NCBI GenBank assembly: GCA_902496015.1
Contig: CABUZJ010000002.1
Location: 3,307-67,306 of the forward strand
DNA from: an uncultured Eubacteriales bacterium
GTDB lineage: Bacteria > Bacillota > Clostridia > Christensenellales > UBA1242
Direction: 5' to 3'
DNA: 64,000 nt
The notes under the pieces were generated by a model. The model saw only the letters and a program-made list of their open reading frames with translations, did no database searches and was not told where the DNA came from. Positions within the stretch are counted from its first letter, which is position 1; every line of letters starts with the position of its first letter. Made by a program: the position numbers and the translations under genes. Below, one piece after another: positions 8,804 through 18,472 of this stretch.

Positions 8804-10150
8804 TTATTTCCCCAAACAGAACTTAGAAAATATTGCATCAATAATATCTTCTCCTGTTGTGCTACCAGTAATTTCTCCTAATGCGCTATATGCCAAGTTT
8901 AAATCTATTGAAATTAAGTCTAAGGTTTCGGTATCTATTGCTGACACTGCATTGGCAATATGCTTTCTTGCTCTTTTTAGTGCATCTAAATGTCTTAGAT
9001 TAGTTATAATTAATCCATTTGTTATTAAATTACTTGCTGTTTTTTTGTAAATTATTTGTTTTAAATTTTCAATGTCTTTTGTATTCGTGGTGCTTATGAA
9101 TATATCTGCAAATTGTTTTGGAGTTTGTGTTAAATCTATTTTATTGCCGATTATAATTCTATTGTTTTTTTCGGTTAAACTTAAAACCTTTTTATCTTTG
9201 TCGTTAATTTCTTTACTTGCATCAACCATTACTAAGCACAAATCAGCAGATTTTATTTCTTCTTTTGCCTTTTCAATTCCAAGTCGTTCAACAATATCTT
9301 CAGTTTCGTGAATTCCCGCTGTGTCAATTAGTTTAAATTTAACACCATTAATTTCAAGTGGAGCTTCGATTGTATCTCTTGTTGTGCCAGCTATGTCGGT
9401 TACTATGGCACGATTGCTTTTAGTTAAAGCATTAAGTAAACTGCTTTTTCCAACATTAGGCTCGCCTAAAATTAAAAGGCTTATACCGCTTGTAATTTGT
9501 TTGCCTGCCGAACTTGTTGCAATTACATTATCAAGATTTATTAAAATATCATTTAATTTTTGTTTTGCGTTGCTTTTTGTTATGTATTCAATATCTTCTT
9601 CGGGATAATCAAAAGAAACTTCAATTTCACTAATTAAATCTGTTAATTGGAGTTGGGCATTTGTAGCAAGTTTTCCTAGGTCTCCTTCTAAAAGGTTAAA
9701 ACCTGCTCTAATTTCTGCATCACTTTCAGCATTTATCATATCCATCATGCCTTCGGCTTTGTCTAGCGATAATTTACCATTAATAAAAGCTCGCTTGCTA
9801 AATTCGCCATTACTTGCCATTGTTGCACCATTGTTTAAGCATGCACTAATAACCCCTTCGGCTATTTTTATTCCGCCATGACATTGAAATTCAACAAGAT
9901 TTTCACCTGTAAAACTAAATGGGGCACGAAAAACTACGCATAAAATTTGTTCTTTAAAGTTATCGGTTGTCAAAATGCCAAGTTCAAGTTTCCTTGCTTC
10001 AAACTCACTAGGTGTTTTTCCTTTTAAATTTCTAAATATTTTATCTGCAATAGTTATTGCATCATTTCCACTCATTCTAACAATACAAATTGCCCCAACG
10101 CCAAGTGGGGTGGACAAAGCAACGATTGTGTTATTTTTTTCTTTTAACAT
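8804..10150 (-). CDS. mnmE: tRNA modification GTPase MnmE (TrmE)
   Basis: GEPNVGKSSLLNAL G1 motif, DTAGI, NKIDL, C-terminal FCLGK. Confidence 0.95.
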   Translation of the reverse strand: MLKEKNNTIVALSTPLGVGAICIVRMSGNDAITIADKIFRNLKGKTPSEFEARKLELGILTTDNFKEQILCVVFRAPFSFTGENLVEFQCHGGIKIAEGVISACLNNGATMASNGEFSKRAFINGKLSLDKAEGMMDMINAESDAEIRAGFNLLEGDLGKLATNAQLQLTDLISEIEVSFDYPEEDIEYITKSNAKQKLNDILINLDNVIATSSAGKQITSGISLLILGEPNVGKSSLLNALTKSNRAIVTDIAGTTRDTIEAPLEINGVKFKLIDTAGIHETEDIVERLGIEKAKEEIKSADLCLVMVDASKEINDKDKKVLSLTEKNNRIIIGNKIDLTQTPKQFADIFISTTNTKDIENLKQIIYKKTASNLITNGLIITNLRHLDALKRARKHIANAVSAIDTETLDLISIDLNLAYSALGEITGSTTGEDIIDAIFSKFCLGK

Positions 10151-10257
10151 ATATCCTCACAAAAAATAATATATAATATTATACATCAAAATAGTTAAAA
10201 TTCAATAGCTTTAATAAATTCAAAAATAAATTACAAGATTAATGTTAATTCTTTAAA

Positions 10258-10286
10258 TTGACAAAAACTGACAAATAAATTAAACT
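10258..10286 (+). promoter_or_regulatory. promoter for the 10312..10638 gene
   Basis: TTGACA (10258-10263), 17 nt, TAAACT (10281-10286). SD AAGGAGGG is downstream. Confidence 0.45.
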
Positions 10287-10311
10287 ATAATAAATAAGGA
10301 GGGATAAAATA

Positions 10312-10638
10312 ATGGCAGAAGAAAAATCAGGAATGAAAATTGCATTAGATTGGATTGGGGGAATAGCGGCATTTTTAACAGTTATAGTGTATGTTTTATT
10401 AATAATTCATGCAAAATGGGCATTCTTACCAGATGCTGTTTATAATGTGTTAGCAGTAATTAGAACTTGGGCACCACTTGCAGTAGTTGGCATTGTTGGG
10501 CTTGAATTTACAAGTGGGAAATCAATAATATTTAAAATTTTATTTTTGTTATTATGTGCCGTAATCATTATTTCAATGTTTTTCCCTGAAACTTGGGAGA
10601 AAGTTGTAGGGCTAATTGGAACGGGCGAAAACCAGTAA
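10312..10638 (+). CDS. small membrane protein (108 aa)
   Basis: Strong SD. Three hydrophobic helices. No family recognised. Confidence 0.5.
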   Translation: MAEEKSGMKIALDWIGGIAAFLTVIVYVLLIIHAKWAFLPDAVYNVLAVIRTWAPLAVVGIVGLEFTSGKSIIFKILFLLLCAVIIISMFFPETWEKVVGLIGTGENQ

Positions 10639-10658
10639 ATATTTTTTAATATTAAAAT

Positions 10659-10688
10659 AAAAAATGGAAAGTTGCTTTCCATTTTTTA
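10659..10688. terminator. bidirectional intrinsic terminator
   Basis: ATGGAAAG (10664-10671) / CTTTCCAT (10675-10682), flanked by an A-run and a T-run. Confidence 0.6.
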
Positions 10689-11384
10689 TTAGTCGTTATA
10701 TGCTCGATTTTGAATTTTATTTGTTTCTTCTATAATTTTGCGTTCAGCACTTTTTTCTTTGCGTTTATCTATTTTATTAATTAATTTTATTACTACATAT
10801 CTATTTGGTTCACTACCTTGGCTTTCTGTTTCAACTCTGTCGTATGATGATAGGGCATTGTGAATTATTCTGCGTTCGTAACTAGTCATTGGTTCAAGCT
10901 TAACATCTTTGTTTTCCCTTATAGCCTTATTTGCCATTTTCTTCGCAAGAACTGTTAAAGTATTTTCTCTTCTTGTTCTGTAATTATCGCTATCTACCCA
11001 AATGCGTGTATTTTCATCTTTGTTTTTATCTTTGTTATAAATGTTATTTAAAATTATGCTAATTGCCTCTAAACAGTCACCATGTTTTCCAATTGCAAGG
11101 GCTGCATCTTTACCAGTTATATCTACTGTAAAACCTTTTTCTGTTTCTTCAACATAAATGTCTACATATAAATTCATTTTAGATAAAAGGTTTTGAGATA
11201 AAGTTTTAACTTGTTCTTCTTGCTCACTGGTTTCATTAAGTGCAAGCCTTACTCTTGCTTTGTTAAATAATCCTGCTTCTTCTAAAATAGTAATTTTAAC
11301 TTGGTCACGAGTAACTCCTAGTTTATATAATCCAAGTTCTATCGCTTGGTCTACTGTTTTGCCCTGTGTTTCTATTGATTTCAT
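10689..11384 (-). CDS. jag: Jag/KhpB RNA-binding protein (Jag_N, KH, R3H)
   Basis: C-terminal R3H-like LEPMTSYERRIIHNAL. Conserved position downstream of yidC. Start moved to the Met preceded by GGAGA (11391-11395). Confidence 0.8.
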   Translation of the reverse strand: MKSIETQGKTVDQAIELGLYKLGVTRDQVKITILEEAGLFNKARVRLALNETSEQEEQVKTLSQNLLSKMNLYVDIYVEETEKGFTVDITGKDAALAIGKHGDCLEAISIILNNIYNKDKNKDENTRIWVDSDNYRTRRENTLTVLAKKMANKAIRENKDVKLEPMTSYERRIIHNALSSYDRVETESQGSEPNRYVVIKLINKIDKRKEKSAERKIIEETNKIQNRAYND

Positions 11385-11394
11385 AAGTATTCTC

Positions 11395-12672
11395 CTATTT
11401 TTTCTTTTTCCCTTCAATTTTATCTAAATATTGCAAAACTTCCAACTGTTTTTTATATGTTATTTTATTTACTATCAAATTAATTAATGCTCCTAAGCCA
11501 ATGCTTATCAAACTTTGTGTTACAACATAAATACCAAATGCAGCAGAAGAACTTAAAACAAAAATAATCATCATTATAGGCATTAAAATTTTCATGAACT
11601 TCATAGTTCCGCCCATTTGTTGTGTTGGATTTGAAGATTTTTCTGTTTCTGGAGTTTTGATAAATTGGTTTTTCTTAACTTTAATTTCTTGTTCGTCTTG
11701 TTTGTTTTCTTTTTTGCGTTTTAATTTATTACCAAGTTCGGCAATATATGTAGATAAAAATGTTACCACACCAGCTAAAATCGCTAAAATATAATAACCA
11801 TTCCAACCATTACTTTGATTATGAATAATCTGGGTTACAGTGTTATAATGATTTTCATTAATTGAGTTAACAACTTCCACATATTCATTGTTTACCTTGC
11901 TACCAAATAAACCTTTTGCACTTGTTGCTAGATTTTTTAAACCATTATATGTTGGTAAAGGATTAGCCTTACCATCTGTTACCCAAATATTTGTTATCCA
12001 TGCCCAACTTTCTTTTTCTTGTTTCCATGTATTTTTAACGGCTTCTTTAACAACATTAGAGGCAGTTGCTGTTTCAGTTGCGTAAGTTTTTGCTAGATTT
12101 ATATTTTCAATTGCAATAGCATTTTCTTCTGGGTTTTCTTCATAGTTAAAGGTAGGGTCATAGGTTCCAAGACCATCTTCTGCAAACAGTTCATTTACTT
12201 TTTTTGTAAACTCATCTCCATAAATTTGTGTGTAAGTGGTGGTGTAAGCATTGTCTAGTGCTTGATATTGTTTTATTGCTTGATAAGCAGAAACTTCTTT
12301 AAGAGATGTAAAGATTGACAAAAATACTAAAAGAGTTACAACAAGATTGACTAGCATTACAACGCATGAAGCACCAATGTTGTAACCTTCTTTTTTATAA
12401 AGTGCTTGTGTTTGAACTTGAAGAGCTTGATTATTATTAGCATATTTTTTTTGAAGTTTTGCTACTTGTGGTGCACATTTTTGTTGAATTAAAGTGCTTT
12501 TTTTGGTTGACCACTTAATAAAAAAGTCAAGCGGAGAAAGACAAACTTTAATAAGCAAAGTAAATAAAATTATAGTCCATGCAAAGTTTGAAACGCCTGA
12601 CTGTATCCAATTTAAAATAATAACCCATAATCCAGATGGAGCGGTTAGTTCCGCAAGCATTAAATTACCCAT
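11395..12672 (-). CDS. yidC: membrane protein insertase YidC (long form with about 170-aa inserted loop)
   Basis: [15 protein letters not shown] and QKKY motifs typical of the YidC/Oxa1 core, plus a Lys-rich C-tail. It lies between yidD and jag. Confidence 0.85.
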   Translation of the reverse strand: MGNLMLAELTAPSGLWVIILNWIQSGVSNFAWTIILFTLLIKVCLSPLDFFIKWSTKKSTLIQQKCAPQVAKLQKKYANNNQALQVQTQALYKKEGYNIGASCVVMLVNLVVTLLVFLSIFTSLKEVSAYQAIKQYQALDNAYTTTYTQIYGDEFTKKVNELFAEDGLGTYDPTFNYEENPEENAIAIENINLAKTYATETATASNVVKEAVKNTWKQEKESWAWITNIWVTDGKANPLPTYNGLKNLATSAKGLFGSKVNNEYVEVVNSINENHYNTVTQIIHNQSNGWNGYYILAILAGVVTFLSTYIAELGNKLKRKKENKQDEQEIKVKKNQFIKTPETEKSSNPTQQMGGTMKFMKILMPIMMIIFVLSSSAAFGIYVVTQSLISIGLGALINLIVNKITYKKQLEVLQYLDKIEGKKKK

Positions 12673-12938
12673 TTAAAATCTCCTTTTAAATTATATGGCA
12701 CGGGGTCTAACCCGCCTATTGCCCAAGGACTGCACCTAAAAATGCGTTTTATTGAAAGGCTTAGTCCAGAGAAAAACCCCCATTTTGAAAAACAAATAAT
12801 AGCATATGTAGAGCAACTAGGTGTGAATTTGCAAGAATGGGGTAGAAGTGGAGATATGCAGTATTTATAACAATTTACACAGCCCATTGCAATAAACTTA
12901 GGAATATTTATTATAAAATTAAATATCTTTTTCAACAA
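12660..12938 (-). CDS. yidD: membrane protein insertion efficiency factor YidD
   Basis: [23 protein letters not shown] and GGLDPVP signature. Confidence 0.8.
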   Translation of the reverse strand: MLKKIFNFIINIPKFIAMGCVNCYKYCISPLLPHSCKFTPSCSTYAIICFSKWGFFSGLSLSIKRIFRCSPWAIGGLDPVPYNLKGDFKWVI

Positions 12939-13269
12939 TTAGCCCTGCCTTATTAATTAAATAGCCAAGTTCTTTTTCAATTTGAATTAGTTTTAAGTTA
13001 ACGATATTGGGTCTTGCAACTATTATTAAATTATAGTTGTTTTTTAAGTTCAATAAAAATGGTGATACTGCCACCCTTAGTAATCTTTTTATTCTATTTC
13101 TGGTGACAGCATTACCAATTTTTTTTGTTACAGATAAACCAATTTTAATACACTTATTGCGACTTTTTGTGTAAAAAATCAACATATTTTTCGTGCCTTG
13201 AGTTTGACCTTGTTTATAAGTGTAATTAAATTGATATTTCTTTTTTAACCTATATTGTTTTTTAAGCAT
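12919..13269 (-). CDS. rnpA: ribonuclease P protein component
   Basis: 116 aa, basic. [22 protein letters not shown] is an RNR motif. It lies 2 nt downstream of rpmH. Confidence 0.85.
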   Translation of the reverse strand: MLKKQYRLKKKYQFNYTYKQGQTQGTKNMLIFYTKSRNKCIKIGLSVTKKIGNAVTRNRIKRLLRVAVSPFLLNLKNNYNLIIVARPNIVNLKLIQIEKELGYLINKAGLIVEKDI

Positions 13270-13271
13270 TA

Positions 13272-13406
13272 TTACGCTGCTAGTCTTGCTCTGCCTTTAT
13301 TTCTTCTGCGAGCAAGAACATTTCTTCCGCCTTTTGTTTTCATTCGATTTCTAAATCCATGCACTTTTGTTCTGTGTGCTTTTTTTGGTTGATAAGTTCT
13401 TTTCAT
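13272..13406 (-). CDS. rpmH: 50S ribosomal protein L34 (not in the ORF track, below its length cut-off)
   Basis: Translated by hand: [44 protein letters not shown]. 44 aa plus TAA. SD GGAGAA upstream. Confidence 0.9.
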   Translation of the reverse strand: MKRTYQPKKAHRTKVHGFRNRMKTKGGRNVLARRRNKGRARLAA

Positions 13407-13456
13407 AGTAAGTTCTCCAATTTTAGTGTAATTTCTGCATAATACAGAGTGTAATT

Positions 13457-13485
13457 ATTATAATATTAAATTTTATGTTTGTCAA
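13457..13485 (-). promoter_or_regulatory. consensus promoter of the rpmH-rnpA-yidD-yidC-jag operon
   Basis: On the minus strand: TTGACA (13485-13480), 17 nt, TATAAT (13462-13457). Confidence 0.65.
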
Positions 13486-13596
13486 TAAATTTATTTCTAG
13501 ATTTATTCAATAGATATATATTCAACATTAAAAACTAACAGAAAATTATTTTGTAAAATGCTTAAATTAATATATAATAAAATAAAAGGAGGAGTT

Positions 13597-14316
13597 ATGA
13601 AAAATTTAATTAAAATTTCAATTGCTGAAATTATTGGAACTGCGGTTTTAGTTCTGTTTGGCTGTGGAGTTGCTATTGCAACTAATTGCGACACCGTGGC
13701 AACATCTCTTGCATTTGGTTTGTCTATTGTTGCCATGGCTTATAGCATTGGTAATGTTTCTGGTTGCCATGTAAATCCTGCGGTTTCAATTGCAATGTGG
13801 ATTAGAAAGAAAATTAATTTTAAAGAATTTTTAGTTTATGTTGCAAGTCAGTTAGTGGGGGCTACAATTGCTTGTTTAATTCTAATGATGATGTTTGGCA
13901 CAGATTGCGGTTTTGGTGCTAATCTAATTCAAGAAAATGCAATCGCTAACTTTTCAGGTGCTTATGCAACTGATAGTTTAATTGCTCTTGCTAGTGAAAT
14001 AGTGCTAACTTTTGTGTTTGTTTTGGCAGTTATTGGTGTTACTAGCAAAGAAAATAATGGGGCAGTTGCGGGGATTGTTATTGGACTTACTTTAACTCTT
14101 GTGCATTTGCTCGGTTTGTTTATAACAGGAACATCTGTTAATCCAGCAAGAAGTTTAATTCCTGCATTATTTGCACTATTTTCAGGCACATCAGCAATAT
14201 CTCAAGTTTGGATTTTTATAGTTGGTCCGTTAGTTGGGGGCATTTTAGCAGCCCTTGTTTATAAGGCAATTGAAATAAAAAAAGACAAACCAACAGAATC
14301 GCCTGAAAAAGATTAA
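13597..14316 (+). CDS. MIP-family channel (aquaporin Z-like; a glycerol facilitator is not excluded)
   Basis: Two NPA boxes: HVNPAVS and SVNPARS. Start moved to the ATG behind AAAGGAGG. Confidence 0.85.
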   Translation: MKNLIKISIAEIIGTAVLVLFGCGVAIATNCDTVATSLAFGLSIVAMAYSIGNVSGCHVNPAVSIAMWIRKKINFKEFLVYVASQLVGATIACLILMMMFGTDCGFGANLIQENAIANFSGAYATDSLIALASEIVLTFVFVLAVIGVTSKENNGAVAGIVIGLTLTLVHLLGLFITGTSVNPARSLIPALFALFSGTSAISQVWIFIVGPLVGGILAALVYKAIEIKKDKPTESPEKD

Positions 14317-14325
14317 TTATTTAAA

Positions 14326-14358
14326 ATAAAAAATTGCAGTTTGAACTGCAATTTTTTT
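14326..14358. terminator. bidirectional intrinsic terminator
   Basis: ATTGCAGT (14333-14340) / ACTGCAAT (14345-14352), flanked by an A-run and a T-run. Confidence 0.6.
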
Positions 14359-14383
14359 ATCTATATTTAATCTCAATTATTTT

Positions 14384-14647
14384 TTATAGTTGTTTTATTA
14401 TTTTTTTTGCGTGCTTTACACTAATTGGTGATGATTGACTTGACACATTTTTGTCTATTCTTAAAATTTCTGCTTTAACTTTTTCATTTTGGATTGGCAC
14501 AACAACAATTTTCCCTTCTTTTAGGTTTAAGTTATCGGCTAAAAACCACATTATAGCACCTGTAAAGTTGCCTTCTAAAATTTTTACTTTTGCAAAATCA
14601 TGATAAGTTACATTTCCTAAATTTCCACCTGCAAGTGAATGAATCAT
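14384..14647 (-). CDS. hypothetical protein (87 aa)
   Basis: SD TAAGGAGAT. Last gene of the dnaA-dnaN-oriented string. No family recognised. Confidence 0.45.
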   Translation of the reverse strand: MIHSLAGGNLGNVTYHDFAKVKILEGNFTGAIMWFLADNLNLKEGKIVVVPIQNEKVKAEILRIDKNVSSQSSPISVKHAKKIIKQL

Positions 14648-14656
14648 TTTATCTCC

Positions 14657-14971
14657 TTATTTTGTGGCTGTTTTTAATGTTGCTAAAAAATCTACCCAAG
14701 CATTGTTTAAATTTCTTTCTAAATAAATTTCAACTTTATTATTATCAAATCCATAAATTTCAAAATTAGTGTTAGTAATTAAGCAACTATAAACAGTAGC
14801 AGTTCGTCCAACTTTATCTTTAAGTGCTAGTAAGTTATAATTATCTAATTCAAAATCGCTGGTTTTTGCCTTTAAAAAATCTTTATATTTATCATTATAA
14901 ACTAAGTAATCCCATGCATATCCATTTAAATTTAAAAAATCAAAGATATTATCAACTGTAAAAATTATCAT
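14657..14971 (-). CDS. hypothetical protein (about 104 aa)
   Basis: The ORF is open. The ATG at 14971 is preferred over the upstream TTG. No SD is visible, so the start is uncertain. Confidence 0.4.
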   Translation of the reverse strand: MIIFTVDNIFDFLNLNGYAWDYLVYNDKYKDFLKAKTSDFELDNYNLLALKDKVGRTATVYSCLITNTNFEIYGFDNNKVEIYLERNLNNAWVDFLATLKTATK

Positions 14972-15045
14972 AATTATTATCAAGAATTATTATAGTTATT
15001 AAAAAACTTTTGTCAATAAAAAAATAAATCGTATTATTTTACGAT

Positions 15046-15765
15046 TTATTTAGTTTTTGTTTCGGTGGCTTTTACAGATTTTTTATTTTCTTTTTTAATA
15101 TTGTTTTCTTGGGTTTTTGCTACTTGATTCATATTAACTTTAATTAAACATGCATTTGCAAAGCGTTTGGTTTTATTTATTGATGCGTGAAATAGGATTG
15201 AAAATATTGTGGCACCTAAGATTAAAATACCAAAACTAGCAAGGGCATGAGTTGTTAAATTAATATTGGTGTTAAAACAGAATTTAATAAACATAACCAC
15301 TAATTCAAAAATAACTGAAATTGTTATGCTTATGCAAAATAGCATAAATCCTGTGAAATAAGTTTTATTTTTTAATGTGCCATCATCTGCTTTAAGGCAA
15401 TTATAATAAATAGAGATACTTAATATACTAATTAAAACAGACAATGCAACATAGAAAATTAAATTAGTGTAAATTATATTATAAAGCCCAAATAAGTAAT
15501 AAATATTAGTAAAAACAAAGAAACATATATAAAAACTTATTGATAGCCAAGTTGGAACAACTAAATTATTATGGTTTTCAATAAATAGGGCAATAGTATA
15601 TAGCCCAAGGCAAGCAATAATGCAAGCCATTGCAATTAAATAGTTAAAATCTTCATAAAGAATGGCTGAAATGTTAAATACACCTAAAAGACTTAATAAC
15701 AAGAACACAAAGTAAAGCCCTGAAAGTGCAAGAGCACTAATTAATATTGCGTTTTTTGCTTTCAT
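15046..15765 (-). CDS. multi-pass membrane protein (239 aa)
   Basis: SD AAGGGGAA, 11 nt after the dnaN stop. About 6 hydrophobic helices and a Lys-rich tail. Confidence 0.55.
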   Translation of the reverse strand: MKAKNAILISALALSGLYFVFLLLSLLGVFNISAILYEDFNYLIAMACIIACLGLYTIALFIENHNNLVVPTWLSISFYICFFVFTNIYYLFGLYNIIYTNLIFYVALSVLISILSISIYYNCLKADDGTLKNKTYFTGFMLFCISITISVIFELVVMFIKFCFNTNINLTTHALASFGILILGATIFSILFHASINKTKRFANACLIKVNMNQVAKTQENNIKKENKKSVKATETKTK

Positions 15766-15776
15766 ATTATTTCCCC

Positions 15777-16880
15777 TTAAACTACAATTCTAACAGGAAG
15801 AATTAAATATAAATATTCGCTGTTTTCACTTTTTGTGATGGTGCAAGGTGCAATTGGTGATGTGAAGTTAATTTTAATAAATTCGTCTTCAATGTTTCTT
15901 AAACATTCGCTAACATAACGAGCATTAAATGCTATTGAAAGGTCTTTCCCTTCAAGGTTAATTGTTATGTTCTCTGTAACATTTCCAATATCACTTTGAC
16001 TGGTAAGTGTTAATAATTTATCTTTAATTTCAAATTTAACAAGATTGTTTTTATCCATTTTTGCTAAAAGGCTGGCTCTTTCAAGACCATCTTCTAATTG
16101 CTTTTTGTTAATAGTTATTGTGCTCGTAGTGTTAGATGGAATTACTTGTCTATAATTAATGAAATCACCATCTAATAATCTTGTTACAACTTTTGTTGAA
16201 TTAAGGTCAACCATTAAATAGTTTTTTTGAATAAATAATTCAATTTCATCATCATTATCTTCAAGTAGTTTTGAAATTTCAGCTAGACATCTTGCTGGAA
16301 CTATAAAACTGAAATCAGCAGTTGTAGATTTTAAAGGTTTATGCACTAAGGCAAGCCTAAACCCATCTAGTGCAACGCTTATTATTTCGTTATTAGCAAT
16401 TTCGAATAAACATCCTTTTAAAATTGGTCGTGCGTCATCTATTGCAACGCTGAATATTGTTTTATTAATTAAATCTCTTAAATCTTTTTGAGATACAATA
16501 ATTGTTTCAGGATTATCTAAAGTTTTTAAAGTTGGGAACTCTTGTTCGTTCATGCATTGAAGATAACCTTCACTATCGGTATATTTAATTTTTAGTAATT
16601 TCTTTTCTGTTAAAGTTAATTCTATTTGTTCGTTGCTTAACTTTTTTACAAATTCTGCAAAGAATTTACCAGGAACAACAACTTCGCCTTCTATTTTAAC
16701 ATCGGCTGGAATAGTTTTTTCAATAGTAATTTCATTATCGGTAGCGGTTAAGGTTAGACTATCGTCACTTGCTCTTAGTTTAATTCCTTCTAGTATTGGA
16801 TTAGTGGTTCTACTGGCTGATGCTTTAATTACCTTTAAAACAGCTTCACTTAAATCAAGTCCTTCACAAATTAGTTTCAT
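15777..16880 (-). CDS. dnaN: DNA polymerase III beta sliding clamp
   Basis: 367 aa. MKLICEGLDL..., NPILEGIKL, typical three-domain length. It lies 11 nt after dnaA. Confidence 0.95.
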   Translation of the reverse strand: MKLICEGLDLSEAVLKVIKASASRTTNPILEGIKLRASDDSLTLTATDNEITIEKTIPADVKIEGEVVVPGKFFAEFVKKLSNEQIELTLTEKKLLKIKYTDSEGYLQCMNEQEFPTLKTLDNPETIIVSQKDLRDLINKTIFSVAIDDARPILKGCLFEIANNEIISVALDGFRLALVHKPLKSTTADFSFIVPARCLAEISKLLEDNDDEIELFIQKNYLMVDLNSTKVVTRLLDGDFINYRQVIPSNTTSTITINKKQLEDGLERASLLAKMDKNNLVKFEIKDKLLTLTSQSDIGNVTENITINLEGKDLSIAFNARYVSECLRNIEDEFIKINFTSPIAPCTITKSENSEYLYLILPVRIVV

Positions 16881-16891
16881 TTTATTTCTCC

Positions 16892-18295
16892 TTATTTACA
16901 TTTAATCATTTGCTTCATGTCGTTAATTTGAACGGCAAGTTTTTGAGATTTTTTCATGTCTTCTGCTACTTTGTTTTTAGCATATATAACAGTTGCATGG
17001 TCTTTTCCAAAGATGCTTCCAACACTTGCAAGAGGCATATTAATAAACTCAGTTATTAAAAACATTGCAATTTGCCTTGCTTCGGCTACTTCTTTTGTTC
17101 GTTTTCTTGCAAGAAGTTCTTCTTTTTTAATGTTATAGTATTTGCAAACTACATCAATAATGTTGCCTGCATCTACTGTTTCTTCTGTTTGAATTAAATA
17201 ATTTTTAAGTGCTTCTCTTGCAATATCCATTGTAACACGAGTTTGCCCCAAAAGTCCAGCATAAAACACCGACCTTGCAAGCATGCCTTCCATTTCTCTT
17301 ATGTTAGTTTTTACGGCATCTGCTATGTATTCAATAACATCACGATCGACATTGTATCGTTCTAGGCTTGCCTTTTTGTTTAAAATAGCAATTCTAGTTT
17401 CAATGTCTGGAACACCAATATCTGCTAAAAGCCCCCATTCAAATCTAGACCTTAACCTTTCTTCAAGCGGGTTAATTTCCTTAGGTGGTTTGTCGCTTGA
17501 TATTACTATTTGCTTGCCGTTTTGGTTAAGTTCATTAAAAGTGTGGAAAAATTCTTCTTGCACACTATTTTTGTTAATAATAAATTGAATATCATCAACA
17601 ATTAAAACATCTGCTGTTCGATATTTTGTTCTAAATTCACTTTTAGCAGAATTACTACCTTTTTGTATTGATTCAATTAAATCGTTAGTGAATTTTTCAA
17701 TTGTAACATAAACAACATTTAATTCTGGATGGTTTTGATTAATATAATTTCCTATTGCATGAAGCAAATGGGTTTTCCCAAGTCCAACGCCACCATAAAT
17801 AAAAAGTGGGTTATAACTAATTCCTGGGTTTTGTGCAACTGCTTTTGCTGCTGCCGCAACAAATTGGTTGTTGCTCCCTATAACATAATTGTCAAAGGTG
17901 TAACGCGGGTTAAATGCAAAATTTTGACTTGGTTTTGCTATTTCAGTTGTTCTTACTTGTTTAATATCGGCGGTTGGAACAAATTTTTCTGTTTCATCTT
18001 CGGGATTTATAACAATTAATTCTAGTTTAGAAACTGATGGCACAATTTCTGCAACTGAAGATAAAATTGAATTGTAATACTTTTCATTTTTAAGAATAAC
18101 ACTTCTTCCAGAAGTGCTACTTGCTGCTAAAATAAGAGTGTTGCCTTCAATTTTTATTGGTTCTAATGATTTTATCCACACATCAAACGATAGAGCGGTC
18201 ATGTCTTTTGATATGGAAAGTTTTGCTTCTTCCCATATTTTATGAATATCTTTATCATTAGAATTTGCAACAATTAAATCTTCAAAGTTATCCAT
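16892..18295 (-). CDS. dnaA: chromosomal replication initiator DnaA
   Basis: YNPLFIYGGVGLGKTHLL Walker A, LIVDDIQF, and a C-terminal DnaA signature (FGKDHATVIYA). Start moved to MDNFEDL behind GGAGAG. Confidence 0.95.
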   Translation of the reverse strand: MDNFEDLIVANSNDKDIHKIWEEAKLSISKDMTALSFDVWIKSLEPIKIEGNTLILAASSTSGRSVILKNEKYYNSILSSVAEIVPSVSKLELIVINPEDETEKFVPTADIKQVRTTEIAKPSQNFAFNPRYTFDNYVIGSNNQFVAAAAKAVAQNPGISYNPLFIYGGVGLGKTHLLHAIGNYINQNHPELNVVYVTIEKFTNDLIESIQKGSNSAKSEFRTKYRTADVLIVDDIQFIINKNSVQEEFFHTFNELNQNGKQIVISSDKPPKEINPLEERLRSRFEWGLLADIGVPDIETRIAILNKKASLERYNVDRDVIEYIADAVKTNIREMEGMLARSVFYAGLLGQTRVTMDIAREALKNYLIQTEETVDAGNIIDVVCKYYNIKKEELLARKRTKEVAEARQIAMFLITEFINMPLASVGSIFGKDHATVIYAKNKVAEDMKKSQKLAVQINDMKQMIKCK

Positions 18296-18390
18296 TTTCC
18301 GCTCTCCTTGCTTATTGATTTTATTATAGACCAAAAAACTTTAAAAAACAAGTTAAAATTTATAAATTATTAGACACAATTTTGAAATTT

Positions 18391-18399
18391 TGATACAAT
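18391..18399 (+). promoter_or_regulatory. extended -10 promoter for recF
   Basis: TGaTACAAT (TG 18391-18392, hexamer 18394-18399) in the dnaA/recF spacer. Confidence 0.4.
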
Positions 18400-18472
18400 T
18401 AAAGGGCAAAGCGTTAAATTATTGATTTGGTTAAAGAATATTTGGTTAAAATGTATATTAAAAGGAGATAAA

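Noticed and set aside
18172-18180. The only perfect DnaA box (TTATCCACA) in the window, considered as evidence for oriC.
   Set aside because: It lies inside the dnaA coding region. On the coding strand it reads GTG TGG ATA AAA, encoding the conserved V-W-I-K of DnaA domain I. It is most simply a by-product of coding sequence. It is mentioned only as context in the origin finding.
18422-18472. Longer N-termini proposed by the ORF track. Examples: recF from 18422, dnaA from 18334, aquaporin from 13558, deoD from 50567, DUF1846 from 50641, gyrA from 23474, jag from 11417.
   Set aside because: In each case a downstream ATG is preceded at 5-9 nt by a strong GGAGG-like SD and matches the conserved family N-terminus. 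The upstream starts lack SDs, are often TTG/GTG, and would overlap promoters or neighbouring genes.
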